A stretch of 63,915 nt of DNA, filler included, from Dehalococcoidia bacterium (GTDB lineage Bacteria; Chloroflexota; Dehalococcoidia; DSTF01; JACRBR01): NCBI GenBank assembly GCA_041494685.1. It is 7 parts of 7 records of this genome, joined end to end, with 100 filler letters (N's around TTAATTAATTAA, not from the genome) between each part and the next. Parts side by side here need not be neighbours in the genome. Positions count along the whole stretch, not along the records: positions 11,062 to 21,995 come from JBGQBE010000067.1; positions 22,096 to 32,383 come from JBGQBE010000068.1; 5 more parts are not named here. One strand, 5' to 3'. The notes beneath the pieces were generated by a model. The model worked only from the letters and a program-made list of their open reading frames with translations, was not told where the DNA came from and searched no databases. The translations under genes and the position numbers were made by a program. Positions 12,164 through 22,233 of this stretch are shown here, one piece after another (position 1 is the stretch's first letter; each line of letters begins with the position of its first letter).

Positions 12164-12685
12164 ATGTCGACATCTGGAGTCAGTGGCATGCGGCCGGTGC
12201 CGGAGTACGACGCGAAGAGCTGGCTGCTCAAGGCGTTGCGTGAGACCGCGCACGCGATGGAGTCGCTGCTCTGGGATCTCGACGACGACGCGCTGGCGCG
12301 ATGCTCGTCGGACGAAGAGTGGTCCTGCGAGGAACTCGTCAGCCACATGTGCGAGATGGAGCGCCGCTACATCCAGCGGCTCGAGCGCATGGTCCGGCTC
12401 GACGAACCGCACATCGACGCCTTCGACGCCGACTCGGCCGCGCCGGACGAGCCCCTGGACGAGCAGCCGGTGTTCGACGTGATGGACGAGTTCGCCGTGC
12501 AGCGCCGCCAGCTCGTGTACCTGCTCTGGTCGCTAGACGACGCCGACTGGGAGCGCCGCGGCGTACACCCGTACCTCGGCCCGCTCACCGTCACCCAGGT
12601 CGCGCGCGAGATCAACGAGCACGACCTGGCGCACCTCTGGCAGCTCCGCCGCCTCTGCGACCGGTACCAGACCGCCTCCGTCTAG
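12164..12685 (+). CDS. DinB family protein
   Basis: EWSCEELVSHMCEME...WERRGVHP...EHDLAHLWQL; start 12164 or 12188. Confidence 0.85.
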   Translation: MSTSGVSGMRPVPEYDAKSWLLKALRETAHAMESLLWDLDDDALARCSSDEEWSCEELVSHMCEMERRYIQRLERMVRLDEPHIDAFDADSAAPDEPLDEQPVFDVMDEFAVQRRQLVYLLWSLDDADWERRGVHPYLGPLTVTQVAREINEHDLAHLWQLRRLCDRYQTASV

Positions 12686-12720
12686 CCGACGCCGTTCCGA
12701 GCCGGTAGGCTATAGCCGTT

Positions 12721-13242
12721 ATGGGCATCCTGCCGATCCGCATCGCTGGCGACCCCGTGCTCCGCGAGAAGGCGAAGCGCGTCAAGAAGATCGACGCGTC
12801 GATCCACCGGCTGATCGACGAGATGATCGACACGATGCGCGCGGCGCCCGGCGTCGGGCTGGCCGCGCCGCAGGTCGGCGTCTCCCTCCGCATCGTCGTC
12901 ATCGAGACGCCCGACGACGGGCTGCTCGAGCTGATCAACCCCGAGTTCGTGAAGAGATCCGGCGAGCGCCGCCTCACGGAGGGCTGCCTCTCCGTCCCCA
13001 ACTACCAGGCCGAAGTCACGCGCTCGCGGCAGGTGACCGTGAAGGCGCTGAACCGCGAGGGCAAGGAGGTCCGCCTGAAGGCGGTCGATACGCTGCTGGC
13101 GCAGGCGCTGGAGCACGAGATCGACCACACGAACGGCGTGCTCTACATCGATTACCTCGCCAGCGCCGACGAGCTGCGGCCGGTGCGCCGCTCCGTCGAC
13201 GAGGGCGAGGAGTCCGAAGAGGCGGAGGTCGCCGTCTCGTGA
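12721..13242 (+). CDS. def: Peptide deformylase
   Basis: GVGLAAPQVG, EGCLS and HEIDH motifs. Confidence 0.97.
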   Translation: MGILPIRIAGDPVLREKAKRVKKIDASIHRLIDEMIDTMRAAPGVGLAAPQVGVSLRIVVIETPDDGLLELINPEFVKRSGERRLTEGCLSVPNYQAEVTRSRQVTVKALNREGKEVRLKAVDTLLAQALEHEIDHTNGVLYIDYLASADELRPVRRSVDEGEESEEAEVAVS

Positions 13243-13270
13243 CGGCGCGCGCCGGCTGACCACGCGGACG

Positions 13271-13297
13271 ACGGGAGCGCGGGCTCCCGTTTCTTGT
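13271..13297 (+). terminator. Putative intrinsic terminator after def
   Basis: acgggagc-gcgg-gctcccgt followed by ttcttgtt. Confidence 0.55.
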
Positions 13298-13299
13298 TC

Positions 13300-14784
13300 A
13301 TGACAGCATTCAAGCCACCACCCGAATTGCAGCCCCTGCTCGACGCGCTGGCGGCGCTCGCGCGCGACGCCGGCGTCGACGCGTACGTCGTCGGCGGCAC
13401 CGTGCGCGACGTACTGCTCCGCCGCGCCTGCCACGACGTCGACCTCGCCGTGACGGGCGACGCGCTCGCCTGGTCGCGCGGCGTCGCGGCGTCGCTGGGC
13501 GGCCACTTCGTGCTGCTCGATGACGAGCACGACGTCGCCCGCATCGTGCTGCCCGCGGGACGCGCGGACGCGGTCGCGCACATCGACGTGGCGGCGCTGC
13601 AGGGCGATCTCGACGCGGACCTGCGCCGCCGCGACTTCACGGTCGACGCGCTGGCGGTCCCGACAGGCGGGACGGAGGTGATCGACCGCTGCGGCGGGCT
13701 CGCCGACCTCGACGCGCGCCTCGTCCGCATGACCGCGCCGGCGGTGCTGGACGCCGACCCGCTGCGCCTGCTGCGCGGCGCGCGCATCGCCGCCGAACTG
13801 CGCTTCGCCGTCGAGGCCGCGACCGCGGCCGCCATCCGCGCCCGCGCCGCGCGCGTGAACGAGGCCGCCGCCGAGCGCCGCCGCGACGAGCTGGCGCGCA
13901 TCTTCGCGCTGGACGACGCCTGCGGCGCGGTGCGGCTGTTGGGCGCGCTGGGCTTGCTCGACGCGCTGCTGCCGGAGGTGGGCGCCGGACGCGGCGTCGA
14001 GCAGAGCTGGCACGCCTATGACGTCTTCGAGCACGGCGTCCGCGCCGTCGAGGCGATGGACGTGCTGCTGGCGGCCGCGCGCCCGGCGCACGATGGCGCC
14101 TGGATGTGGGACGCCCTCTGGCGCATCCTTGCCTGGTGCGCGGACGATCTGCGCGCGTACCTGGCCGAGGAGATCAGCGAGGGCCGGAGCCGCGCGTCGC
14201 TGTTGAAGATCGCCGCGCTGCTGCACGACGTGGCGAAGCCGCAGACCCGCAGCGTCGATCCCGACGGCCGCACGCGCTTCTTCGGCCACGCCGACGCCGG
14301 CGCCGAGGTTGCCCGCAAGATCATGCGCCGCCTGCGCTTCTCGTCGCGTGAGGTGGCGTTCGTCGCGCTGCTGGTAGAGGAGCACCTGCGGCCCGTCCAG
14401 CTCGCGCAGGTGGGCGAGGCGCCGACGCGGCGCGCGCTCTACCACTTCCACCGCGACCTCGGCGATGCGGCGCCGGCGGTGCTGCTGCTGGCGCTCGCCG
14501 ACGCCGCCGCGGCGCGCGGGCCGGAGATGACGCGGGAAGGCTGGGCTGGACAGGCCATGTATATGAACAGCGTGCTCGTGCGTTCCAGAGAGGAGGAAGG
14601 TATACTCGCACCGCCTCGGCTCCTGACCGGACACGACATAATGTCCGCGCTGGGAATCGAAGGCGGCCCGGAAGTCGGGCGGTTGCTCGAAGCGCTGCGC
14701 GAGGCGCAGGCCGCCGGCGAGGTGCATGACCGCGATGAGGCGCTCGCGTTCGTCAAGAATGCGGCGGGGGAAGGACCGGCATGA
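13300..14784 (+). CDS. cca: CCA tRNA nucleotidyltransferase / poly(A) polymerase family protein with HD domain
   Basis: VVGGTVRD, DVD, RRDFT, DPLRLLR, LLHDVAKP. Confidence 0.88.
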   Translation: MTAFKPPPELQPLLDALAALARDAGVDAYVVGGTVRDVLLRRACHDVDLAVTGDALAWSRGVAASLGGHFVLLDDEHDVARIVLPAGRADAVAHIDVAALQGDLDADLRRRDFTVDALAVPTGGTEVIDRCGGLADLDARLVRMTAPAVLDADPLRLLRGARIAAELRFAVEAATAAAIRARAARVNEAAAERRRDELARIFALDDACGAVRLLGALGLLDALLPEVGAGRGVEQSWHAYDVFEHGVRAVEAMDVLLAAARPAHDGAWMWDALWRILAWCADDLRAYLAEEISEGRSRASLLKIAALLHDVAKPQTRSVDPDGRTRFFGHADAGAEVARKIMRRLRFSSREVAFVALLVEEHLRPVQLAQVGEAPTRRALYHFHRDLGDAAPAVLLLALADAAAARGPEMTREGWAGQAMYMNSVLVRSREEEGILAPPRLLTGHDIMSALGIEGGPEVGRLLEALREAQAAGEVHDRDEALAFVKNAAGEGPA

Positions 14785-15110
14785 ACGCGGCAGAGGTCGG
14801 ATTTGTCGCGATCCTCGGTATCGTGGTGGCGTTCTACCTGATCGTGCTGCGGCCGCAGCAGCAGGAGCAGAGCCGCCAGCAGAAGGACATCAAGGATCTC
14901 CAGGTGGGCGACGAAGTGCTGACCACGTCGGGCTTCCTGGGTACTGTCAAAGAGGTGTATATCCCGGAGTCGGGGCCCGTGCAGATCGTGATCGACTTTG
15001 GAAACGGCGTCGTGATGAACGCGCTGACCACGGCGATCTCGCAGCGGGTGGCTGCAGGGCAGACGCTGTTCTCGCGGAGCACGGCGAAGCCGGAGGAGAA
15101 GGGTAGCTAA
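14781..15110 (+). CDS. yajC: Preprotein translocase subunit YajC
   Basis: TM segment + LRPQ...LQVGDEVLTTSGFLGTV; upstream of secD. Confidence 0.93.
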   Translation: MNAAEVGFVAILGIVVAFYLIVLRPQQQEQSRQQKDIKDLQVGDEVLTTSGFLGTVKEVYIPESGPVQIVIDFGNGVVMNALTTAISQRVAAGQTLFSRSTAKPEEKGS

Positions 15111-16786
15111 TGCGCAGGTGGTGGAACCGGCTGCTGGTCGTCCTCATCTTCTTGATCGCCGCGGCCTCGATCTACGGCGTCTGGCCTGACCAGCCCGACC
15201 GCTACCTGCCCAGCGCGATCCCGTGGCCGTCCGGCCGCGGCATGCCGAGCAAGATCGGCCCCATCGAGCTGCCGTGCCACACGACCGACACGACCAGCAC
15301 GAACCCGGCCACCAACTGCCGCGGCATGATCCTCGGCCTCGACCTGCAGGGCGGCTCGCGCATCGTGCTGCAGGCCGACCTGTCCGGCCTCAAGCCACTC
15401 ACCGACGCGGAACTCAGCGATGGCCTGGACGGCGCGAAGACGATCATCGAGAAGCGCATCAACCCGTTCGGCGTGTCGGAATCGACGGTGCAGCGCTCCG
15501 GCAAGGATCGGCTCGTCGTGGAATTGCCCGGCGTCAGCGCCCAGACCGCGAAGGACGTCACGCGCCCGGCCGTGCTGATGTTCTGCGAGGGCCTGCAGCA
15601 CGGCGGCCAGAGCGGCGGCGCCGGCACTCCGCTGGCCGTCGTGCCGGACGGCAGCCAGATCGTCTATAAGGCCGGCACCTGCGACCCCGACGTCCAGCCT
15701 GACGGCACCATCGCCTACAAGGCGGCCGACGGCAGCGTGACGCGCTTCACGCCCTCGTTCACGACACAGCCCATCCTCAGCAACATCGTCTGGATACCCG
15801 CGAAGGGAGACCTGAACGGCGCCCAGGTCATCATGACCGGCTCGTACCTGAAGTCGAACAGCCAGGTCTCGTTTACCTCGCTCGGCGCGCCGCTGCTGAC
15901 GTTCAGCATGACCGGCGACGGGCAGAAGGTGTTCGGCTCGCTCTCGCAGCGGCTGATCGGCCTGCCCCTGGCGACGTTCCTGGACGGCGAGCCGGTCCGC
16001 GGCGCCGACGGCCGGATCATCGCTCCGACGATCAACTCGCAGATCACGGACTCCGGCCAGACCACCGGTCTGACGCTCGAAGACGCGAAGCGCCTGCGCA
16101 CGTTCCTCAACAACGGCGCGTTCCCCATCCCGCTCAAAGTCGTGCAGCAGCAGGACGTCGATGCGACGCTGGGCGATCAGGCGGTGCTGGACTCGGTGCA
16201 GGCCGGCCTTGTGGCGATGCTGCTGATCATGGCGTTCATGGTCCTCTACTACCGCCTGCCCGGCGTCCTCGCGAGCATGGCGCTGGTCGTCTACACCTCC
16301 GTCGTGCTGGCGATCTTCAAGATCGGCATTCCCGGCTCCGGCCCGGTGACGCTGACGTTAGCGGGCATCGCGGCGTTCGTCCTGTCCGTCGGCATGGCCG
16401 TGGACGCGAACATCCTGATCTTCGAACGCACGAAAGAGGAGCTGCGCAACGGGCGCAGCCTGGTCCCTGCGGTCGAGGCGGGCTTCGACCGCGCCTGGTC
16501 GTCGATCCGCGACAGCAACATCTCGACGCTGATCACCTGCGCCATCCTCTACTGGATGGGTAACGCCTTCGCGTCGAGCCTGATCAAGGGGTTCGCGCTG
16601 ACGCTGGCGATCGGTGTGATCGTCAGCCTCTTCTCCGCGATCACCGTGACGCGCACGTTCCTGCGGCTGGCCATCGCCACGCCGCTGGCGCGGCCGCTGT
16701 GGTTGTGGACGGACGACAAGCCCGACGTTGAAAACCCGATGTCGACGCGCCCGGTCGCGGGCATGGAGGGCGCGGAGAATGCTTAA
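15110..16786 (+). CDS. secD: Protein translocase subunit SecD
   Basis: LGLDLQGG, APTI, VDANILIFER, GFALTL. Confidence 0.97.
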   Translation: MRRWWNRLLVVLIFLIAAASIYGVWPDQPDRYLPSAIPWPSGRGMPSKIGPIELPCHTTDTTSTNPATNCRGMILGLDLQGGSRIVLQADLSGLKPLTDAELSDGLDGAKTIIEKRINPFGVSESTVQRSGKDRLVVELPGVSAQTAKDVTRPAVLMFCEGLQHGGQSGGAGTPLAVVPDGSQIVYKAGTCDPDVQPDGTIAYKAADGSVTRFTPSFTTQPILSNIVWIPAKGDLNGAQVIMTGSYLKSNSQVSFTSLGAPLLTFSMTGDGQKVFGSLSQRLIGLPLATFLDGEPVRGADGRIIAPTINSQITDSGQTTGLTLEDAKRLRTFLNNGAFPIPLKVVQQQDVDATLGDQAVLDSVQAGLVAMLLIMAFMVLYYRLPGVLASMALVVYTSVVLAIFKIGIPGSGPVTLTLAGIAAFVLSVGMAVDANILIFERTKEELRNGRSLVPAVEAGFDRAWSSIRDSNISTLITCAILYWMGNAFASSLIKGFALTLAIGVIVSLFSAITVTRTFLRLAIATPLARPLWLWTDDKPDVENPMSTRPVAGMEGAENA

Positions 16787-17795
16787 TCTCGTATCGAGGC
16801 GCAACTGGTTCTACCTGTTCTCGTTCCTGGTCGTCATCCCCGGCGTCATCTCGCTGATGATCTCGCCGCGCCTGAAGCCCGGCATCGAGTTCACGTCCGG
16901 CACGACGTTCTCGTTCCGCTACGCCGAGCAGGCCACCACCGACCAGGTGAAGAGCCTGCTCTCCGGCCTCGGCCACGCCGAGGCGCGCGTCCAGCGCACC
17001 GGCTCCAACGAGTTCCTCGTCCAGACCAGCGAGATCCAGGGTTCGTCCACGACGCCGCCGGTCGGCCCGACGCTGCCGTCGGACCGCGAGAAGATCGAGC
17101 TGGCGCTGAGCAAGGAACACGGCGGCTTCCTGGACACCACCGGCAAGCCGACGACGCAGTTCTCGGAGTTCTCGTCCGTCAGCGCCGCCGTATCGAAACA
17201 GATCGGCCGCGACGCCGCGATCGCCGTGCTCATGGCGTCCGTCGCCATTACCCTCTATATCTCGTACTCGTTCCGCAACGTGCCGAACTCGCTGCGCTAC
17301 GGCGTCTCCGCGATCGTGGCGCTGCTGCACGACGTCCTGCTCGTCGTCGGCGCCTTCTCCATCCTGGGCAAGTTCTTCGACGTCGAGGTCAACACGTTCT
17401 TCATCACCGGCCTCCTCACGGTCGTCGGCTTCTCGGTGCACGACTCGATCGTCGTCTTCGACCGCATCCGCGAGAACGTATCGCGCGGTGTCATCCGCAA
17501 CTTCTCCGACGCCGTGAACCACAGCTTGCTGCAGACGATGGGCCGGTCGTTCAACACGTCGCTGACGCTGATCTTCTCCATCCTGGCGCTGCTGTTGCTC
17601 GGCGGCGGCAGCATCCGCGACTTCCTGCTGGTGCTGCTGATCGGCGTCTCGACCGGGACGTACAGCTCGGTGTTCATCGCCAGCATGTTCCTGGTGACGT
17701 GGCAGCAGGGCGACATCCCGCGCGCTTGGCGCCGCTTCCGCGGCCAGTCGCCGGCGCCGCAGGCGCCGGAGTTGACCGTCGAGAGCCCACAGTAG
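16779..17795 (+). CDS. secF: Protein translocase subunit SecF
   Basis: GIEFTSG, SVHDSIVVFDRIRE, GTYSS; start MLNLVSRRNW. Confidence 0.97.
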   Translation: MLNLVSRRNWFYLFSFLVVIPGVISLMISPRLKPGIEFTSGTTFSFRYAEQATTDQVKSLLSGLGHAEARVQRTGSNEFLVQTSEIQGSSTTPPVGPTLPSDREKIELALSKEHGGFLDTTGKPTTQFSEFSSVSAAVSKQIGRDAAIAVLMASVAITLYISYSFRNVPNSLRYGVSAIVALLHDVLLVVGAFSILGKFFDVEVNTFFITGLLTVVGFSVHDSIVVFDRIRENVSRGVIRNFSDAVNHSLLQTMGRSFNTSLTLIFSILALLLLGGGSIRDFLLVLLIGVSTGTYSSVFIASMFLVTWQQGDIPRAWRRFRGQSPAPQAPELTVESPQ

Positions 17796-17913
17796 GACAT
17801 AGGGTGCGGTCTCTCATCGCCGAACCATCACAGAGGGCCGCGCGAGCGGCCCTTCGCGTTGGAACGTACTCGTCCCGCCGTCGGCCCGTACCGTGAACCG
17901 TGAACGGCAAACC

Positions 17914-18951
17914 GTGAGCGCTACTCCCATCGGCTTCGTCTACGACCCCATCTTCCTCGAGCATGAGACCGGCGCGCACCCGGAGAACCCCGACCGCATG
18001 CGCGCCACGCTCGCCCTGCTCGGCGAGTGCGGCCTGCTCGCGCGTCTCGCCCGCATCGACGCGCGCGACGCCACCCCCGACGACCTGGCGCTGGTACACG
18101 ACCCGCGATACGTCGCTGCCGTGCACCAGGCCGCGCGCGACGGCGGCGGCTGGGCGGACCCCGACACGCTGATCACGCCGCGCTCGTACGACGTCGCCGC
18201 GCGCGTCGTCGGCGGCACGATGGCCGCGGTCGATGCGGTGCTGGCCGGCGACGTCGCCTCGGCGTTCTGCCTGGTGCGTCCCCCCGGGCACCACGCCACG
18301 GCCGTGCAGGCGATGGGCTTCTGCCTGTTCAACCACGTCGCCGTCGCCGCGCAGCACGCCCGCCGCCGCCACAACATGGAGCGCGTCGCCATCGTCGACT
18401 TCGACGTGCACCACGGCAACGGCACGCAGGACGCGTTCTACGCCGACCCCGGCGTGCTCTACGTCTCGACGCACGAGTATCCGTTCTACCCCGGCACCGG
18501 CCCCGCGACCGAGACCGGCGCCGGCGAGGGCCGCGGCGCCACGATCAACATCCCGATGCCGCACCGCTCTGGCGACGCGGAGCACAGACGCGCGTTCGAA
18601 GAGGTCGTCGTGCCCGCGCTGCGCCGCTTCCGCCCCCAGCTCGTGCTCGTCTCGGCCGGCTACGACGCGCACCACGCCGACGACATCGCGGACCAGCAGC
18701 TCAGCGTCGACGGCTACGGCGCGCTCGTGTCGATGATCAAGGACGCCGCCGCGGAGCTGTGCGACGGCCGCGTCGTCTTCGCGCTCGAAGGCGGCTACCA
18801 CCTCGTCGCGCTGCCCTGGTGCGTCCGCCGCACGGTCGAACTCCTCCTCGGCGAAGCCCCCACCCGCGACCCCCTCGGCCCCGCCGCCCCGCGCACGCCC
18901 CCCGGCTTCAACGAAATGCTGGCGCAGGTAAAGGCGCTGCATGGCCTGTGA
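17914..18951 (+). CDS. Histone deacetylase family (AcuC/acetylpolyamine amidohydrolase-like) protein
   Basis: HPE, RPPGHHA, GFC, DFDVHHGNGTQ, SAGYD, LEGGY; start 17893 or 17914. Confidence 0.93.
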   Translation: MSATPIGFVYDPIFLEHETGAHPENPDRMRATLALLGECGLLARLARIDARDATPDDLALVHDPRYVAAVHQAARDGGGWADPDTLITPRSYDVAARVVGGTMAAVDAVLAGDVASAFCLVRPPGHHATAVQAMGFCLFNHVAVAAQHARRRHNMERVAIVDFDVHHGNGTQDAFYADPGVLYVSTHEYPFYPGTGPATETGAGEGRGATINIPMPHRSGDAEHRRAFEEVVVPALRRFRPQLVLVSAGYDAHHADDIADQQLSVDGYGALVSMIKDAAAELCDGRVVFALEGGYHLVALPWCVRRTVELLLGEAPTRDPLGPAAPRTPPGFNEMLAQVKALHGL

Positions 18952-19174
18952 GCAGTATGGCGGTGAGCTGCTAGTGGCTAGTCGCCGGCAGGCACCGTGC
19001 TCGGCGACCCGCCGACCATCACCAAGCAGTATCGCACGTTCGGCCGCGTGACCGCCGAGCGTAAGACAACGGGCGCTACGAGCACCGCACGATACTAGCG
19101 TCGCGGCCACCAGACGGCGCGGCGCTGCCCTCGCGTTTGGCGCACCCTGCCTGCCGTGCTAGGATCCCCCTGTT

Positions 19175-19213
19175 CGAGGCGTAGCGCAGCCCGGTAGCGC
19201 ACCTGACTGGGGG
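19175..19213 (+). pseudogene. 5' half of tRNA-Pro(GGG), ending at the anticodon loop
   Basis: cgaggcgtagcgcagcccggtagcgcacctgactggggg; 37/39 identical to 21202-21240. Confidence 0.85.
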
Positions 19214-19331
19214 CTACCCCAGCGCTAACGCTGTCCTCGTGTATCTGCGTCCCCACGCTAACATCGTCAAGCTATCTGCGGTTCGCGCGCTCGACGATTA
19301 GCACCCTATTGGGCTATCGTACTAAACGCAT

Positions 19332-19910
19332 ATGGAGATATCGTCTTCTAAATTCGCAATTGCCCTTCTCGTCGGGATAGCGGCGCTCGTTGTCGAGTCG
19401 CTCATTCTGCACTATGTTGATCTGCTCGTCTACGCGCTCAACATCGGCAACGTCCGGGCGCCACAACGCCTCGACCGCGCGCTCGTCGCGGGCGTCTCAA
19501 GGATGCCCGGCTTGGGCCTCATGCTCGCGGGGCTCGCTCTAGCCGCCGCAACCGTCGCTGACGCCGACCACCAGATACGAGTCTCAAGCTTCTGTGGGCT
19601 GGAGGGACATCAAGCCATAGCGATGGGAACCCTTGTCGCCGTCGTAGTTGTCGTCGTTTGCGGAGCTCTCTTGACCCCAGTAGTACTCTTGTTCGAGCGC
19701 GGCGAGAGGACGCGATTCCTTGACGAATGGGCCCCATCTCGCGACGGGCCGGAAGATGTAGCTGAAACAACCGCGGAAGACATCTTAGCCAGACTCATTG
19801 CCAGCCGATCGGCTATGATAAGATCTCTGGGAATGTCTTCTCAGCTGTTGGGTGCCTTGGCTGTGGTGCTTCCTCTCCTGGTGACGAGCCTGAGAACCGC
19901 CCACCCATGA
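19332..19910 (+). CDS. Hypothetical membrane protein (about 4 TM segments)
   Basis: Several hydrophobic segments; lies in a lower-GC islet. Confidence 0.6.
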   Translation: MEISSSKFAIALLVGIAALVVESLILHYVDLLVYALNIGNVRAPQRLDRALVAGVSRMPGLGLMLAGLALAAATVADADHQIRVSSFCGLEGHQAIAMGTLVAVVVVVVCGALLTPVVLLFERGERTRFLDEWAPSRDGPEDVAETTAEDILARLIASRSAMIRSLGMSSQLLGALAVVLPLLVTSLRTAHP

Positions 19911-19932
19911 CGCCGAGTTTGTCAGGATAACC

Positions 19933-20361
19933 ATGGCTTGGTATTGGGCACTCGTGTTCATAGTTCTCGCGCTGACAGGCGCAATCTTCGTTCTGGATCG
20001 GCTCGACGCCGTTGTGCGAGCTAGACTCTCCAGGCGCCGGCCGCAGCCGCACGCGCTCCGCATTGAGCCAAACGACGCCGCAGCTCAACTCCAAGCGTCT
20101 AGCATTTCGGTCAGCGGAGGCCTTTCCCCCACTTTTTCTCAGATGTTTGAATCTCACCGTCGGCGGCTCGCCCAAGAGTACAGTCAGGCCTATCGTATTG
20201 ACGTCTCGTTACTCGCTCTAAGGTACCGGGCGTTGAGCAATTCTCAGGTTGGGCAAGCATCTGAAACAGTCGACAGTACCACCCGCGATCGGCGGCTCCT
20301 TTCTTCGCCAGAGCTCAATCCGCCGCGCGAACTGCGGTCGGCAGGAGCCACGGGGAATTGA
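19933..20361 (+). CDS. Hypothetical protein with N-terminal TM helix
   Basis: AGGA RBS; MAWYWALVFIVLALTGAIFVL; stop overlaps the next start. Confidence 0.55.
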   Translation: MAWYWALVFIVLALTGAIFVLDRLDAVVRARLSRRRPQPHALRIEPNDAAAQLQASSISVSGGLSPTFSQMFESHRRRLAQEYSQAYRIDVSLLALRYRALSNSQVGQASETVDSTTRDRRLLSSPELNPPRELRSAGATGN

Positions 20362-21008
20362 CCACCGACGCCGAAGCCGAGCAGGCGGCTGAGCGCGCCT
20401 TCGCCACCGACCTGGCCGGAGCGCTACCTCGTGCGCCGTCGTATGACTCACTCCTCCGCGAAATCTTGGCTCAGGATTTCGCCGGCCGTGCAGACGTTCG
20501 GCGAATTGCTGAACTATTGGACGACGCAACATTCTTCACACTCGCCAACGCGCTCACCTACGACCCAATGCCCACCTCCCCGGTGATCGTCGAAGTGCTT
20601 GACTCAGCGTGGGCCCAGTTCGAGGAATTCTACTCGCGATTCAGTCCGATCCGATCTCTCTTGGTCGCCGCAATCGAGATGCGGTTGTACGGCATCGAAA
20701 ATAGCTGGACGAACCTCAACGCGCAACCGCTATACAGCCCAGAGGACAATGAGATCCTCATGCGCGTTCAATTGAGATATGGCACAGCCACTGTTTACCG
20801 TTCGACGGACCGACTTGACGATTTCCTACGACTCGCCAGTACCCTCCTCTTCAACTGCCAGCAGACACTTCAGTACGTCGGGACCAAGAACCTTGAGCTG
20901 ACTCCGAAACAACGGCAGAAGATTCGCGAGGCGATAGATAACATCGTTGAGAACGCAAACACGCTAGATCAGTTCAAACAACCCATAGCCGAAGCCTCTG
21001 AGACCTAG
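20358..21008 (+). CDS. Hypothetical protein
   Basis: 216-aa ORF with protein-like composition; TTG start overlapping the upstream TGA. Confidence 0.65.
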   Translation: MTTDAEAEQAAERAFATDLAGALPRAPSYDSLLREILAQDFAGRADVRRIAELLDDATFFTLANALTYDPMPTSPVIVEVLDSAWAQFEEFYSRFSPIRSLLVAAIEMRLYGIENSWTNLNAQPLYSPEDNEILMRVQLRYGTATVYRSTDRLDDFLRLASTLLFNCQQTLQYVGTKNLELTPKQRQKIREAIDNIVENANTLDQFKQPIAEASET

Positions 21009-21201
21009 GCTCGGCGACACCGACAAGCGTTCCCTCCTGTGGTCGGCAAGCGTGCCACGAACTTTCCCGAAAACTCTGAACGCGGGCTCCCTTCACACGC
21101 CACGCCGCAGAGTAGGACCACACACGACGCCCGGCCCCCCACCCCGCGTGACCCGCCACGTTTGGCGCGGCCCCTCGCGCCCGTACGATGCTCCCCCCGT
21201 T

Positions 21202-21277
21202 CGGGGCGTAGCGCAGCCCGGTAGCGCACCTGCCTGGGGGTCAGGAGGTCGCAGTTCGAACCCTGTCGCCCCGCCCA
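21202..21277 (+). tRNA. tRNA-Pro(GGG), apparently degenerate
   Basis: Acceptor stem cggggcg/cgccccg, D arm and GGG anticodon are present. However there is a C-U mismatch in the anticodon stem, the T stem is one base short (gcag ttcgaac cctgt) and the discriminator is C. Confidence 0.75.
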
Positions 21278-21289
21278 CCTTCCGAACCT

Positions 21290-21317
21290 GAAACCGCTCC
21301 CCAGGGAGCGGTCTTCC
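21290..21317 (+). terminator. Hairpin after tRNA-Pro
   Basis: accgctccc-ca-gggagcggt followed by cttc. Confidence 0.55.
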
Positions 21318-21367
21318 GTTGGATGCGGGGCCGGCGCCGCCGCCGGGCCGTTGCCCGTTCCGCGTGT

Positions 21368-21588
21368 ATGATGGTCGGACGCGCCCTCCAGGCTGTCCCG
21401 CCCGCGGAGCTTGCCCGGGAGGTCGCGAAAGCCGTGACGAGCGTCCGCGCTGAGCGCCGGGCGCCGGCGAAGCGCCGGGCGCGGTCGGCGTGATTCGGGC
21501 GGTCGTCGCCACCAACGTCCTGGTGTCGGGCATCGTCAGCCAGCGCCCACCTTGCGCAGTGTGCGTTCAATATGTCTGGAACTTCTAG
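21368..21588 (+). pseudogene. Remnant antitoxin + PIN toxin pair
   Basis: [18 protein letters not shown]...* overlaps [16 protein letters not shown] (PIN N-terminal VxDTNVLVS with Asp to Ala), which stops after 32 codons. Confidence 0.55.
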
Positions 21589-21597
21589 GATGAGAAC

Positions 21598-21995
21598 ATG
21601 AAAAAGTCGGACGCAAGCCAGGGCCAGTTGGCAGCGGAGCTCATCTCGAAAAGAATCGCCGAACTCGGGGACTGGCGCGGGGAAACCCTCAGCAGAATGC
21701 GCAAGCTCATCAAGGAAGCAGACCCGGACGTCGTCGAGGAGTGGAAGTGGATGGGCACTCCGATTTGGTCGCACGACGGCATCATCTGCACTGGCGAATC
21801 CTACAAGAATGTCGTGAAGCTTACGTTCGCCAAGGGCGCGTCTCTGAAGGATCCGGCCCGTCTCTTCAACTCGAGTCTCGACGGAAACGCACGCCGCGCG
21901 ATCGACATCCACGAAGGAGAAGAAGTTGACGAGTCCGCCTTCAAGGCGCTCGTTCGCCAAGCGGTCGCCCTCAACAGTTCTGGCAAGTCGAAACC
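21598..21995 (+). CDS. DUF1801/YdhG-like protein (3' truncated)
   Basis: [37 protein letters not shown]...[10 protein letters not shown]. Confidence 0.9.
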
Positions 21996-22095
21996 NNNNN
22001 NNNNNNNNNNNNNNNNNNNNNNNNNNNNNNNNNNNNNNNTTAATTAATTAANNNNNNNNNNNNNNNNNNNNNNNNNNNNNNNNNNNNNNNNNNNN
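21996..22095. other. Artificial contig linker
   Basis: N-run + TTAATTAATTAA + N-run. Confidence 0.99.
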
Positions 22096-22211
22096 CCGGT
22101 CGCGTCAAGATCGACGACGAGGCCGTCCGCGACCTCAACCGCGTCCACACCCGGCCGCGAGTTCAGGTCGATGTAGAGCGAATCGGTCTCGGGGTAGTAG
22201 TGCAGCTTCAT
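22096..22211 (-). CDS. DUF2283-domain protein (3' truncated)
   Basis: MKLHYYPETDSLYIDL...EVADGLVVDLD. Confidence 0.8.
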
Positions 22212-22233
22212 AGCGCCTCGCGGGCGAACAGAC

